Source of the DNA: Bdellovibrio sp.
Lineage (GTDB): Bacteria; Bdellovibrionota; UBA1018
Assembly (NCBI GenBank): GCA_016185105.1
Contig: JACPOE010000015.1
Location: 7,492 to 71,491, forward strand
Direction: 5' to 3'
DNA length: 64,000 bases
The notes under the pieces are model-generated. The model made no database searches, was not told the DNA's origin, and worked only from the letters and a program-made list of their open reading frames with translations. Positions 29,771 to 39,260 of the stretch are shown here, in pieces. The position numbers and the translations under genes are program-made. How positions within the stretch are numbered: the first letter of the stretch is position 1; the number at the start of each line of letters is the position of its first letter.

Positions 29771-30811
29771 TCAGGGCCGAGTAACCCGGCTACGACGTCC
29801 TGGGCAGCCTTGGGTCTGAAAAACCTGAGACGCCAATTCAAAGCCGTTTGTTTTCAGCTGATTTAATACCATTGCGGCTCCTGCCTCGGAATAGGCAAGT
29901 GCATTTTTCTCCTGATGCTGATCTGCCGCAGTTGGAAGCGGTATGAGAATAGAAGCCCGACCGACTGCGGCAATTTCGGCAAGAGTCGAACTCCCTGCTC
30001 GGCAGATCACCAAAGAGGCTTTTTTATAGACTTCGGGCATATCAAAAATAAATTTCTCAACCCGCGCCCGTAGGCCAGCTTCTCGATAGGCCTGACTCAC
30101 AGTTTCGAAATCGGCTTCTCCGGTTTGATGCACAAACTCAATCCGGTGTGCATTTTTTTTGAAATAGCTCAGAGACTCAACTACCCGTTGATTGATTCCA
30201 CGCGCTCCTTGGCTGCCTCCAAAAATAAAAACCACAAACGGCTCGCGATCGGCCGAGGGCATCGGAACCATAGAAGAACGAATCGGATTACCGGTCACAT
30301 AGACTTCCTTCTTTGGAAACAGTCGGGCCATTTCCGAAAATACCAAGAAAATGCAATCGGCCCGCTTTGCCAAAATTCGGTTCGTCAGACCTAACACTGA
30401 ATTTTGTTCTAAGAGTGAAATCCGAGTGGAAAGAAGGTGAAACCACCTTAAAAGGGCTGCAGACATTACTACGGGGCCAGATGAATACCCTCCCACTCCA
30501 ATAATACAGTCAGGACGAAATTTTAGAAGGTGAAGCACAGCTACCAGAAACGCCCAGGGCAATTGAAAAAGTGTCTTCAATTTACGACCCAGGCTCACAC
30601 CATTCAGAGTCCCAATTCTTAAACTAACTAAAGGATACCCGGCTTTAGGAACTAACTTCTCCTCTAGGCCCCGCTTTGCGCCAATAAATAAAACCTGGCT
30701 CGAACTTCCGATTCGGGCCTTCCAGGCATCTGCAATAGCAACACCCGCAAGGATGTGCCCCCCAGTACCGCCTCCTGCGATCAACAACTTGGATTTAGGT
30801 TTCGTTTTCAT
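29771..30811 (-). CDS. murG: undecaprenyldiphospho-muramoylpentapeptide beta-N-acetylglucosaminyltransferase MurG (3' end possibly frameshifted)
   Basis: 346 aa with GGGTGGHILAG, FGGSQGA, and the C-terminal HQEKNA...AGAA. The last 15 codons (QTQGCPGRRSRVTRP*) look non-homologous. The neighbouring frame reads RPKAAQDVVAGLLGPERGSDV*, ends at 29752 and overlaps the murC ATG. Confidence 0.9.
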   Translation of the reverse strand: MKTKPKSKLLIAGGGTGGHILAGVAIADAWKARIGSSSQVLFIGAKRGLEEKLVPKAGYPLVSLRIGTLNGVSLGRKLKTLFQLPWAFLVAVLHLLKFRPDCIIGVGGYSSGPVVMSAALLRWFHLLSTRISLLEQNSVLGLTNRILAKRADCIFLVFSEMARLFPKKEVYVTGNPIRSSMVPMPSADREPFVVFIFGGSQGARGINQRVVESLSYFKKNAHRIEFVHQTGEADFETVSQAYREAGLRARVEKFIFDMPEVYKKASLVICRAGSSTLAEIAAVGRASILIPLPTAADQHQEKNALAYSEAGAAMVLNQLKTNGFELASQVFQTQGCPGRRSRVTRP

Positions 30812-32093
30812 CTGGCATTAATCTATTCGCTTGGGCTTCGCCCTGCAAGGGACCCTTTCCAATATTCAAAAGGACTCCCAACGCAAATAGGTCAACCAAA
30901 AGAGCCGAACCACCATAGCTGATAAAAGGAAGAGTTAGGCCTTTGGTGGGTAGGATTCCCATCACTACCGAAATGTTAACTAAACCCTGAAAGCCAATTG
31001 CCAAGGTAATTCCGGCCGCCAAGAGCATGCCAAATCGATCCTGGTATTTCAGATGGGAATTCCAAGCGGTTTTCAACCCACGGTGAATTAACAACAAATA
31101 GGCAATGACCACCCCAAAAATACCGACAAAACCGAGCTCTTCTCCAATGACTGAAAAAATAAAATCGTTGTGTGCCTCAGGAAGAAATAAAAGTTTTTCT
31201 TTTCCGCTTCCTAATCCAACGCCCCAGATTCCTCCGTTATGAAGACCAACAAAGGATTGGATAATTTGAAATCCTTTGCCAGTCGGATCACTCCAGGGAT
31301 CAAGAAAGGTGGCAACTCGATTTCTTCTATAGGCGGTACCTAAGACGAGCCAGCTTCCAAGCAAGGTTGCGACTCCCAAAAATACGCCCAGATTCCTGGC
31401 CGGAAGCCCAGATAAAAACATCATAGCAAATATGACAGCAGAAATAATTACAGTCGTTCCGAAATCAGGTTGCAGAAGCAAAAGCAAGACAACCGGCAGA
31501 GGAGCTACCAAGGCCGATAGAATCGTTTTTGAAACAGATTCTAGGTATTGTTTAACAACCAGCTGCCGAGCGACAAAGGCAATCACTACAAACTTGGCAA
31601 GCTCTCCCGGTTGAAAATTGAATGGCCCAAGATGAAGCCACCGCCTAGCTCCACCGATGCGATCCCCTACACCAGGGATGAAAATAGAAATCAATAGAAG
31701 AAAAACTACGCCTAAGCTCGGATAGGCCCAAATTTTCCAACGGTTGTAATGAATTCTTGAGCCGCACCAAAGAGCAATCAAACCCAAGCCGGCATAGACA
31801 ATTTGTTTGCGAATGAAAGAAAATCCGTCCCCTGTTTTTTCCTGAGCATAGATAAAAGAGGAACTGTAGACCATGATCAGGCCGAATAGAACCAGGCCAA
31901 GAACGGTCAGAAGCAGAAATACGTCGATGGACCTGCCCTCAGCCTTGCCGCCTTTGGGTAGAGGCCTAAGCCGATTTCGAATCCGACGGCTATAGTTGTG
32001 AAACCAATTTCTTAAAATAGTCACCACGTTCTTCAAAATTGCGGAACATATCGTAGCTCGCACATCCTGGAGAAAGTAAGATGATGTCCCCAC
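30795..32093 (-). CDS. ftsW: SEDS-family peptidoglycan glycosyltransferase FtsW
   Basis: Polytopic membrane protein with SEDS motifs (GARRWLHLGPFNFQPGELAK, PDFGT, LPEAHNDFIF, LPFISYGGS). The start is uncertain: several in-frame GTGs (32093, 32027) overlap the murD 3' end. Confidence 0.9.
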   Translation of the reverse strand: MGTSSYFLQDVRATICSAILKNVVTILRNWFHNYSRRIRNRLRPLPKGGKAEGRSIDVFLLLTVLGLVLFGLIMVYSSSFIYAQEKTGDGFSFIRKQIVYAGLGLIALWCGSRIHYNRWKIWAYPSLGVVFLLLISIFIPGVGDRIGGARRWLHLGPFNFQPGELAKFVVIAFVARQLVVKQYLESVSKTILSALVAPLPVVLLLLLQPDFGTTVIISAVIFAMMFLSGLPARNLGVFLGVATLLGSWLVLGTAYRRNRVATFLDPWSDPTGKGFQIIQSFVGLHNGGIWGVGLGSGKEKLLFLPEAHNDFIFSVIGEELGFVGIFGVVIAYLLLIHRGLKTAWNSHLKYQDRFGMLLAAGITLAIGFQGLVNISVVMGILPTKGLTLPFISYGGSALLVDLFALGVLLNIGKGPLQGEAQANRLMPDENET

Positions 32094-33372
32094 TTCTCGA
32101 TTTCTGATATCCTAAGAGTACTGCCTCTTCAAAAGTGCCAACCAAGTAGGTCTCTGCATAATCCCCGATGGCACGATTAATTTTCTCTTTGGCTTCTCCC
32201 AGTAATATTAAAATTTTACACTTTTTCTTAACTAGATCAACCAAAGGAGCAAAATCGCTCCCTTTATCCTTGCCGCCTGCAATCAAAATGATCGGATTGG
32301 AATTAAAAGCGGCTAAACTTCGTTGGACACTCATCACATTGGTGCCTTTAGAGTCATTAAAGAAGTAAACGCCATCTTTCCTTCTAATGAACTCGAGCCT
32401 GTGAGGCACCCCTTTGAAGTTTTCAATCACAGTCTGGATTGCCTTTTGGCTTACACCCATAGCGCGGGCCGCAGACATCGCAGCCAGCAGGTTTTCTTTG
32501 TTGTGCTCTCCAAAAAGGCGAAATTTAGAAAGATCATAAACTTCTTCACGACCAGTCACCTTAGAAACAGCAGCCTTTTTTCCTGCATCCCAATAGGTTC
32601 CGCAAAACTCCTCAGCGAAGTTCCCCGCTACAGAAATTGGATTCTTCTTGGTAAACCAGATCAACTTGCCCTGATTTTCCTGTTCAAAGGCAGCTACGTT
32701 GGCATTGTCGTAATTCAAAACCACAAAGGAATTCCGATTACATGCTTTGAGTAATCGCTTTTTCGCCTGAATATAGGTCTGCATATCCCCATAACGGTCG
32801 AGATGGTCCTCTTCGATGTTGGTGAAAACCGCTACCGCCGGAGTCAACTTATCCAAGAGTTCTAATTGAAAGCTGGAAAGTTCTGCGACAACCACGTCCG
32901 CTTTTTGGTCGTCTAGGACATAATCCAGCAGGGGCTTGCCGATATTTCCACCCACGAAGGCTTTCTTGCCGTCTGCTTGGAACATTTCGCCAATAACCTT
33001 AGTAGTAGTCGTCTTTCCATTGGTTCCAGTGACTGCAACAATAGGCTCTTTGATCGCAGCAACGGCGAGTTCAACTTCACTGGTAATCGGAATACTTTTC
33101 GCTCGGGCTTCCTCTAAGGGCTTAATATTGAGAGGAACCCCTGGGCTAACCACGATTAACTCAGCAGTTTCAAAGGTCTTTGGATTGTGTTTCCCGAGCT
33201 CATACTCGAGCTTCAAGTCAACACACGCATCTACATGTTCAGAGAGTTCATTCTTCTGCTTTTGATCGGTCACAGTAACCTTGGCGCCCTGCTTAACCAA
33301 ATATTTGGCAGCGGCAACGCCTGAGATTCCAAACCCTACGATAAGAACTCGTTTTCCTTTGTATTTGCTCAT
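31990..33372 (-). CDS. murD: UDP-N-acetylmuramoylalanine--D-glutamate ligase
   Basis: RVLIVGFGISGVAAAKYL Rossmann N-terminus and P-loop VTGTNGKTTTT. I chose the ATG at 33372 (MSKYKGKRVLIVG); the ORF-track start at 33474 would overlap mraY by 58 nt. Confidence 0.93.
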   Translation of the reverse strand: MSKYKGKRVLIVGFGISGVAAAKYLVKQGAKVTVTDQKQKNELSEHVDACVDLKLEYELGKHNPKTFETAELIVVSPGVPLNIKPLEEARAKSIPITSEVELAVAAIKEPIVAVTGTNGKTTTTKVIGEMFQADGKKAFVGGNIGKPLLDYVLDDQKADVVVAELSSFQLELLDKLTPAVAVFTNIEEDHLDRYGDMQTYIQAKKRLLKACNRNSFVVLNYDNANVAAFEQENQGKLIWFTKKNPISVAGNFAEEFCGTYWDAGKKAAVSKVTGREEVYDLSKFRLFGEHNKENLLAAMSAARAMGVSQKAIQTVIENFKGVPHRLEFIRRKDGVYFFNDSKGTNVMSVQRSLAAFNSNPIILIAGGKDKGSDFAPLVDLVKKKCKILILLGEAKEKINRAIGDYAETYLVGTFEEAVLLGYQKSRSGDIILLSPGCASYDMFRNFEERGDYFKKLVSQL

Positions 33373-33416
33373 AAAAAACTCTTCATTTCTCAATCCAGTG
33401 TCTTCACTCATTTTGG

Positions 33417-34493
33417 CTACCGTAATTTCAAGGTTGAAAGCGTTGCTAATGCGAGAAGTATCGATATGATCCAAAATCTCACAATCACTTTGGGCTCAGC
33501 CCAACCTTTCAGTTCAAAATGATGGTGAATAGGTGCCATTTTAAGGACTCTTTTACCAGTCATTTTAAATGAAGCTACCTGCGCCATTACCGAAAGAGCT
33601 TCAATTACGAAAACCCCACCACAAATTGCAAGCAAGATTTCGTTTTTTGAGATGACTGCAACCACTGCAAGAGCAGCTCCTAGGGCTAAAGAGCCAATAT
33701 CCCCCATAAAAACCTGGGCTGGGTAGGTATTAAACCAGAGGAATCCCAGGCAAGATCCCACCACCGTTCCGCAAAACACTGCGAGTTCGCCAGCACCCGC
33801 AACATATGGAATTTGCAGATAATCTGCGAATTTCATATGCCCAGCACAGTAGGCTAGAATGAGAAAAGTGCTGGAAGTAGTAATCGTTGGCCCGACCGCA
33901 AGGCCATCCAACCCGTCCGTCAGGTTGACCGCATTAGATGCCCCTACAATGACAAAAGCCGCAAAAGGCACGAAAAAGATACCTAGATCGAACGACCAGC
34001 CCTTAAAGAAGGGAAACTTCAAATCAGGTGGAATATCTCGAAAGTAATAGATCAGCCCTGCCGCTGCGAGAGCTATGACGGTTTGAGAAACAATTTTTTG
34101 GCGTCCGGATAGTCCTTTTGGATTTTTCAACATCACTTTGCGATAGTCGTCCATGAATCCGACAACACCGAAAAAGAAGGTCGTCAGCATTGCAATCCAA
34201 ATATTCTTATTCGTCAGATCTGACCACAGGAGAGAGGAAATTAAGATCGCCCCTAGAATCAATCCACCTCCCATTGTCGGAGTTCCCTTTTTTGTGAGGT
34301 GGGATTTCGGCCCGTCGTCTCTCACAAATTGCCCCATCTGCTTTCTTTGGAGAAACCGAATAAATGCGGGTCCAACTAACATGCAGATCAACAAACTAGT
34401 GATGGTAGCCCCAAAAGTCCTGAAGGTGATGTATTTGAATACATTGAGCGGAGTGAACCGAGAATGCAGCGGATATAGAAAGTAGAAGAGCAT
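33417..34493 (-). CDS. mraY: phospho-N-acetylmuramoyl-pentapeptide transferase
   Basis: 358 aa polytopic membrane protein with KKGTPTMGG, NAVNLTDGLDGLA, FMGDIGSLALG and APIHHHFE. Confidence 0.95.
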   Translation of the reverse strand: MLFYFLYPLHSRFTPLNVFKYITFRTFGATITSLLICMLVGPAFIRFLQRKQMGQFVRDDGPKSHLTKKGTPTMGGGLILGAILISSLLWSDLTNKNIWIAMLTTFFFGVVGFMDDYRKVMLKNPKGLSGRQKIVSQTVIALAAAGLIYYFRDIPPDLKFPFFKGWSFDLGIFFVPFAAFVIVGASNAVNLTDGLDGLAVGPTITTSSTFLILAYCAGHMKFADYLQIPYVAGAGELAVFCGTVVGSCLGFLWFNTYPAQVFMGDIGSLALGAALAVVAVISKNEILLAICGGVFVIEALSVMAQVASFKMTGKRVLKMAPIHHHFELKGWAEPKVIVRFWIISILLALATLSTLKLR

Positions 34494-34525
34494 GTCGAGA
34501 TGCTACTGATTTTTAAAAGCCAGTG

Positions 34526-35989
34526 TCAAGCTTTTGCAACACTTAGAGCTTCAGCGGCAACTTCTTTATCGTCAAAGTGTATTTTTTGGGTACCCAAGAT
34601 TTGGTAGTTCTCATGCCCTTTCCCCGCAATCAGCACCAGATCGCCCGGCTTGGCCATTTGGATTGCTCCAAAAATGGCTTTGCGCCGATCCGGCTCTACG
34701 CAGAACCGCGTCGAATCCACGACCCCCTGAACACCTGCCAAAATCTCTTCAATAATGGCCTGGGGCTTCTCTGTACGGGGATTGTCCGAGGTGATCCACG
34801 TGTAGTCTGCCAACGCTACAGCATGCCGACCCATGACCGGCCTCTTGCTCCGGTCGCGATCGCCTCCACAACCAAAAACACAGATCAACCTATGCCCCTT
34901 GCGAATGGCTGCAAGCGTCTTAAGAACCTTTTCAAGCGCATCAGGCTTGTGGGCGTAGTCAACCCAGACGTGCACGCTCGATTTTGACTGAACTCGATCT
35001 AGCCTTCCGGGCACCCCTTTTAGCGCGGACACGCCGTGCATGATCGCCTCCGAGCTCAGTTTTAACCCCACTGCCAGCGCTACAGCACCAGCAATGTTCG
35101 AGCCGTTAAACCCTCCGGTTAATGGGGATTGAATAGGAATGTTACTGATGACCCCCGATATCCCATCCAGAGTAATTTCTAATACTGGTGTAAAATACTC
35201 ACAAACCTTAAGCCCAGACCGCGAGGCCACCTCTCTGAGAAGCCTTTTCCCATAAGGATCATCACCATTGATCGCCGCAACTGGGTTCTTTCCTTTGGAG
35301 ACCGCATAATCAGCAAGATCTTTAAATAAAGAAGCTTTAGCTGCGTAGTAGTCTTCCATGTCAGGGTGAAAGTCCAGATGTTCAGGACTCAAATTGGTGA
35401 AGACCATAGCGTCATAAGCGATAGAACCCACCCTCTTTTGTTTCAGCGCATGAGAGGAAACTTCCATTACTACCGCAGTGCATCCCGCTTGGCGCATCTC
35501 GGCCAGCAGATGTTGGAGTTCGACCGCCCCAGGGGTCGTGTGGGTAGAATCGATTACCTTCTCGCCATAACGGAAATTGATTGTCCCAATGACTCCGACC
35601 TGATGTCCCGCTGCCTTGAGAATCGATTCCACAAGGTAGGTTGTCGTAGTCTTGCCGCTGGTTCCAGTCACTGCGACCATCAGCATTTTTTCAGATGGTC
35701 TACCTTCAATCTCTGCAGCAAGTAAGGCAAGCGCTTCGCGACTGTCTACCACTCGAATGTAATTTTGCTCTCCGGACGGGATAAATGAGGCCTCACCTAC
35801 AACTGCTAATGCCCCAGCTTGAAAAGCTTGGGGAATATGAGCATGCCCATCCGTTGATCCTCCTTGAATGGCCACGAAAATCATTCCGGGCCTTACCTTC
35901 CGAGAATCTGAGGTCACCCCCAGCACTTGGCCAGGAAGATTACAATGATTAGGATTTTTTAGAAATTCAGAGATTAACGAATGACTCAT
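34526..35989 (-). CDS. murE: UDP-N-acetylmuramoyl-tripeptide synthetase (meso-DAP-adding type)
   Basis: 487 aa with P-loop VTGTSGKTTTTYL and the DNPR motif (ITSDNPRTE) characteristic of DAP-adding MurE. Confidence 0.93.
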   Translation of the reverse strand: MSHSLISEFLKNPNHCNLPGQVLGVTSDSRKVRPGMIFVAIQGGSTDGHAHIPQAFQAGALAVVGEASFIPSGEQNYIRVVDSREALALLAAEIEGRPSEKMLMVAVTGTSGKTTTTYLVESILKAAGHQVGVIGTINFRYGEKVIDSTHTTPGAVELQHLLAEMRQAGCTAVVMEVSSHALKQKRVGSIAYDAMVFTNLSPEHLDFHPDMEDYYAAKASLFKDLADYAVSKGKNPVAAINGDDPYGKRLLREVASRSGLKVCEYFTPVLEITLDGISGVISNIPIQSPLTGGFNGSNIAGAVALAVGLKLSSEAIMHGVSALKGVPGRLDRVQSKSSVHVWVDYAHKPDALEKVLKTLAAIRKGHRLICVFGCGGDRDRSKRPVMGRHAVALADYTWITSDNPRTEKPQAIIEEILAGVQGVVDSTRFCVEPDRRKAIFGAIQMAKPGDLVLIAGKGHENYQILGTQKIHFDDKEVAAEALSVAKA

Positions 35990-38013
35990 GGCTCTGTGAG
36001 TAATAATCGAATCACATCCCCTTCGGCAACCTTCTTTCCGGCAGCAGGGACTTGGGCGGAGACAACACCCATACCCGCCACTTCCAAGCGAAACCCGTGC
36101 CCCTCTAACCGCCCTGTGGCCTCCCTCGGACTAAGGCCTACCAGGGAGGGAAGTATCCAGCCAGGCTTTCCACTGGCTGGCTCGATTTGCCAGGTTAACT
36201 TGTCTGGTGCGGTACTCCCGTCAGCAACTCCTTCATCTTGCAGGTCCGCTCCTTGGCTCAAGGTAAGCTGGTCTACGACCGTTTTAGGCTGATCGTCTCG
36301 TGCCAACGGTATCACTTTGGGTGGCAGACTGAGCCTATTAGCTACCGAGGCTAGAACTTCTCGAAAAAGCGGGGCGGCGGTCTCCGACCCATAGAACAGG
36401 CCTTTCGGCTCGGTAAGGCTTACGAAGATTACGACTTTGGGCTCTACGCCGACAGCAAATCCAATGAACGAGGCTACATATTTTTCCTTCGAATAGTGGC
36501 CAGTTCTCGGATCGATCACTTGGGCCGTGCCAGTCTTACCGGCGACCGTATAACCCGGCAGCGCCGCTTGAACCCCTGTCCCACCTTCTTGCACAACGGC
36601 CTCGAGCGCAGTTAAGACCTCGCGACCGACTCGCGCCGAAATAATTCGGATAGGCTCCCCGTTCGAGCGATTCAAAAAGGAAGGTTTCACTAACCACCCT
36701 CCATTGACCAGAGCTGCATACGCTCGGGTCATTTGCATCGGTGTCACCAAAATGCCCTGACCAAAACCGATATTGGCTAAAGCCAAAGGCTGCCATTCTT
36801 TTCTCGGAAGGATCTTGCCCGAAATTTCTCCTGGAAATCCGCTGCCGGTGCGTAATCCAAATCCAAAAAGACGTAGGGTTCTGAGATACCGATCTGGACC
36901 TAGTTTTAATGCCACCTTCGCGGCCGCCACATTGCTAGAGACCTGAAGCATTTTTTTTAAACTCACCCACTCGAATTTTTCGTGAGCCATAGCTTCAGAG
37001 ATTCGGTGGTTTTGGACTTGAAAAGACCCGAGCTCACCCCAAACCTGGTCGCTCAGTTTCCAACCATGACCGAGAGCACTGGCAAGAAGAATGGACTTCA
37101 ACGTTGAACCTGGCTCATAGCCATCGGTCAGAGCACGATTTCTTCTTCTGTCAGAAGGAATCCCTTTCAAATTCGGATCAAAGCCAGGTTCGTTTGCCAG
37201 AGCTAAAATTTCCCCACTCGAAGCATTCATCGCGATTACAGTTCCTGACTTCGCCTGAGTTTTGCGAAGAGCCTCTTGAAGCTTTCTCTCGACTTCGTAC
37301 TGGAGCCCAGAATCAATGCTCAAAGTAACGGACTCACCATCTCGAACATTTCCAGCCGCTTCAGCATCGATAAAAGTAGGCCGCCCCAAGGCATCCCGAA
37401 CGGCCGAAACGGAAACAACCTTCCCTCGAAGAGCCTCATTGAACCAGAGTTCAGCACCTTCAATCCCATCCGAATCGATATTCACATCGCCAAGCACATG
37501 GGATGCCAGTTGCTTATGCGGATAGACCCTTTTACTCTCTTTCACTAACCAAAGACCGTTCACTAGATCCCCGTCGGAGTCCATGATCCGCCATTTTTTA
37601 AATTTCTTTAATTCATTCTCGCTCAAATGACGTTTAATCCAGACAAACTCCCGATCTTCTTGAAGCTTGACGAGAGCTTTTCCAAAAGAGAGGTCAGTTG
37701 CTCTAGCAATGAGGCGAGCTAGCTCTCTTTTTTTTGAGATTTTTCCCGGATTGGCTGCCAGACTGAAAACTTCAACACTAATGGCCAGGGGCTCGCCATT
37801 GCGATCGAGTATTGACCCTCTTCTGGGGCGAACTAAAGAGTGCGATAGAAACTGCCTTTGTGCCATCGATGATAAACGAGGTTGATTCAAAAATTGAATG
37901 TATCCCGCCCTTAAAAGAATCAGAAGCGCCACTGAGAAACAACTGAGCAAGACAACGGTAAGCCTCTTCTTTACGGAGTAGGCCTGATTCCTTACCTCTG
38001 TAGACATATTCAA
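35986..38013 (-). CDS. ftsI: division-specific class B penicillin-binding protein FtsI (PBP3) with C-terminal PASTA domain
   Basis: 675 aa with an N-terminal TM helix and transpeptidase motifs STLK (GSTLKSI), SSN (QVSSNVAA) and KTGTAQ. The C-terminal ~56 aa (ILPSLVGLSPREATGRLEGHGFRLEVAGMGVVSAQVPAAGKKVAEGDVIRLLL) fit the PASTA pattern. Confidence 0.92.
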   Translation of the reverse strand: MNMSTEVRNQAYSVKKRLTVVLLSCFSVALLILLRAGYIQFLNQPRLSSMAQRQFLSHSLVRPRRGSILDRNGEPLAISVEVFSLAANPGKISKKRELARLIARATDLSFGKALVKLQEDREFVWIKRHLSENELKKFKKWRIMDSDGDLVNGLWLVKESKRVYPHKQLASHVLGDVNIDSDGIEGAELWFNEALRGKVVSVSAVRDALGRPTFIDAEAAGNVRDGESVTLSIDSGLQYEVERKLQEALRKTQAKSGTVIAMNASSGEILALANEPGFDPNLKGIPSDRRRNRALTDGYEPGSTLKSILLASALGHGWKLSDQVWGELGSFQVQNHRISEAMAHEKFEWVSLKKMLQVSSNVAAAKVALKLGPDRYLRTLRLFGFGLRTGSGFPGEISGKILPRKEWQPLALANIGFGQGILVTPMQMTRAYAALVNGGWLVKPSFLNRSNGEPIRIISARVGREVLTALEAVVQEGGTGVQAALPGYTVAGKTGTAQVIDPRTGHYSKEKYVASFIGFAVGVEPKVVIFVSLTEPKGLFYGSETAAPLFREVLASVANRLSLPPKVIPLARDDQPKTVVDQLTLSQGADLQDEGVADGSTAPDKLTWQIEPASGKPGWILPSLVGLSPREATGRLEGHGFRLEVAGMGVVSAQVPAAGKKVAEGDVIRLLLTEP

Positions 38014-38297
38014 GGTGCCTCGGGGGTTTGCTCTTTAGGTAAATGAATAACGCGGTCCACCTTAGGAAGGCCAAGACCGAAACGGTTCTTGGCTAAAAGT
38101 TCCAAGCGTCTTGGCGAACGCAAGGCGGCAAGCTTAACCTGCAACAGCTCTTGTTCCACTCGTGAGCGTTCAATTTGTCGATTGGTTTCATTTATTAGAT
38201 AAGCGGTGCCAATAATTTTGAGCCGCAGCCATACCGTACCAATGGAAAAAACAATTAGAACCGGAATAATCCAAACCGGAACCCATTTTTTTAGCAT
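38010..38297 (-). CDS. ftsL: cell division protein FtsL
   Basis: 95 aa bitopic protein with a TM helix, a coiled coil and LRSPRRLELLAKNRFGL. It lies between rsmH and ftsI and overlaps the ftsI start by 4 nt. Confidence 0.8.
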   Translation of the reverse strand: MLKKWVPVWIIPVLIVFSIGTVWLRLKIIGTAYLINETNRQIERSRVEQELLQVKLAALRSPRRLELLAKNRFGLGLPKVDRVIHLPKEQTPEAP

Positions 38298-38312
38298 CCC
38301 CGATCCCCGCTC

Positions 38313-39260
38313 TTAGGGTAGTCTCTCAGCAACTCTTAGTTTCGCACTTCGAGATCTCGGATTTCTGCTGACTTCTTCGTCCGAGGCCTGAAGTGGCTTC
38401 TTGGTAAGTGCCTTAAAATCATCCCCGTCTTTGAAACGAATTTTGACCAACCGATCCTCAACCGAGTGGAAGGTCAAGATCCCGATCCTACCGCTCGGAA
38501 CAACTTCTATAATAACACGAGATAAAAGACGGTCGAGCTGAGAAACTTCCTCATTTACAGCCATTCGCAGGGCCTGAAAACTTCGAGTCGCCGCATGAAT
38601 CCTTCCGTGCCTCGCAAAGGAAGGAATGGCGTGAACTACCAGCCTGGACAAGTCCTTGGGGGTCTTGGGAAGATCAAAATCATTCCTACGATGAATAATA
38701 GCCGAAGCAATTCTCCGAGAAAATCTCTCCTCACCAAACTCCCTTAGAATTTTTTCCAACTCCTCTTCGGAAATCGATTCCAGTAAATCAAGACAGCTCT
38801 GACCCTGATTAGGGTCCAGGCGCATATCCAGCGGACCCTCACTCTGAAAACTCAATCCTCGTGAACGATCATCCATCTGATCACTTGAAAAACCCAGATC
38901 GGCCAAAAGGGCGACCACGGAGTGGTTTCGAACCCATTCCGCAATCTCTCCAAAACGAGCCTGCATGAGCTCCAGACGACCGGCTTGAATTTCAGGTTCA
39001 AACCTTTTTCTCGCACGATCAACCGCGGTCTGATCTTGATCCACCGCTAGGACTTTGCAACGTCCCTCGGGCGAAATCTTCTGTAAAGCGTCAAGAATCT
39101 GACGTGTATGCCCCCCTCCCCCTAAAGTCGCATCTACAAACCAAACTGGCCCCTCACCCTGCCAGTTTCGAAAGGGCTCGATCAAAAACTCAAGAATAGG
39201 CTCTACTAAGATGGGAATATGCCTGGAGGTTGGAGCCTCAGGACTCGGATTTGTCGTCAT
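38313..39260 (-). CDS. rsmH: 16S rRNA (cytosine1402-N4)-methyltransferase
   Basis: 315 aa with HIPILVEPILE, DATLGGGGHT, DLGFSS and SFHSVEDR-type motifs (TFHSVEDRLVK). Confidence 0.93.
   Translation of the reverse strand: MTTNPSPEAPTSRHIPILVEPILEFLIEPFRNWQGEGPVWFVDATLGGGGHTRQILDALQKISPEGRCKVLAVDQDQTAVDRARKRFEPEIQAGRLELMQARFGEIAEWVRNHSVVALLADLGFSSDQMDDRSRGLSFQSEGPLDMRLDPNQGQSCLDLLESISEEELEKILREFGEERFSRRIASAIIHRRNDFDLPKTPKDLSRLVVHAIPSFARHGRIHAATRSFQALRMAVNEEVSQLDRLLSRVIIEVVPSGRIGILTFHSVEDRLVKIRFKDGDDFKALTKKPLQASDEEVSRNPRSRSAKLRVAERLP

Noticed and set aside
33373-33474. Long N-terminal extensions proposed by the maximal ORFs (murD here; likewise galU 60096-60197, ftsA 23643-23705, phoU 18589-18627, priA 58401-58451, mreB 42227-42280, TlpA-like 45580-45636)
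   Set aside because: The extensions overlap upstream genes and lack homology. Internal ATGs coincide with the conserved family N-termini and usually have better Shine-Dalgarno sequences.
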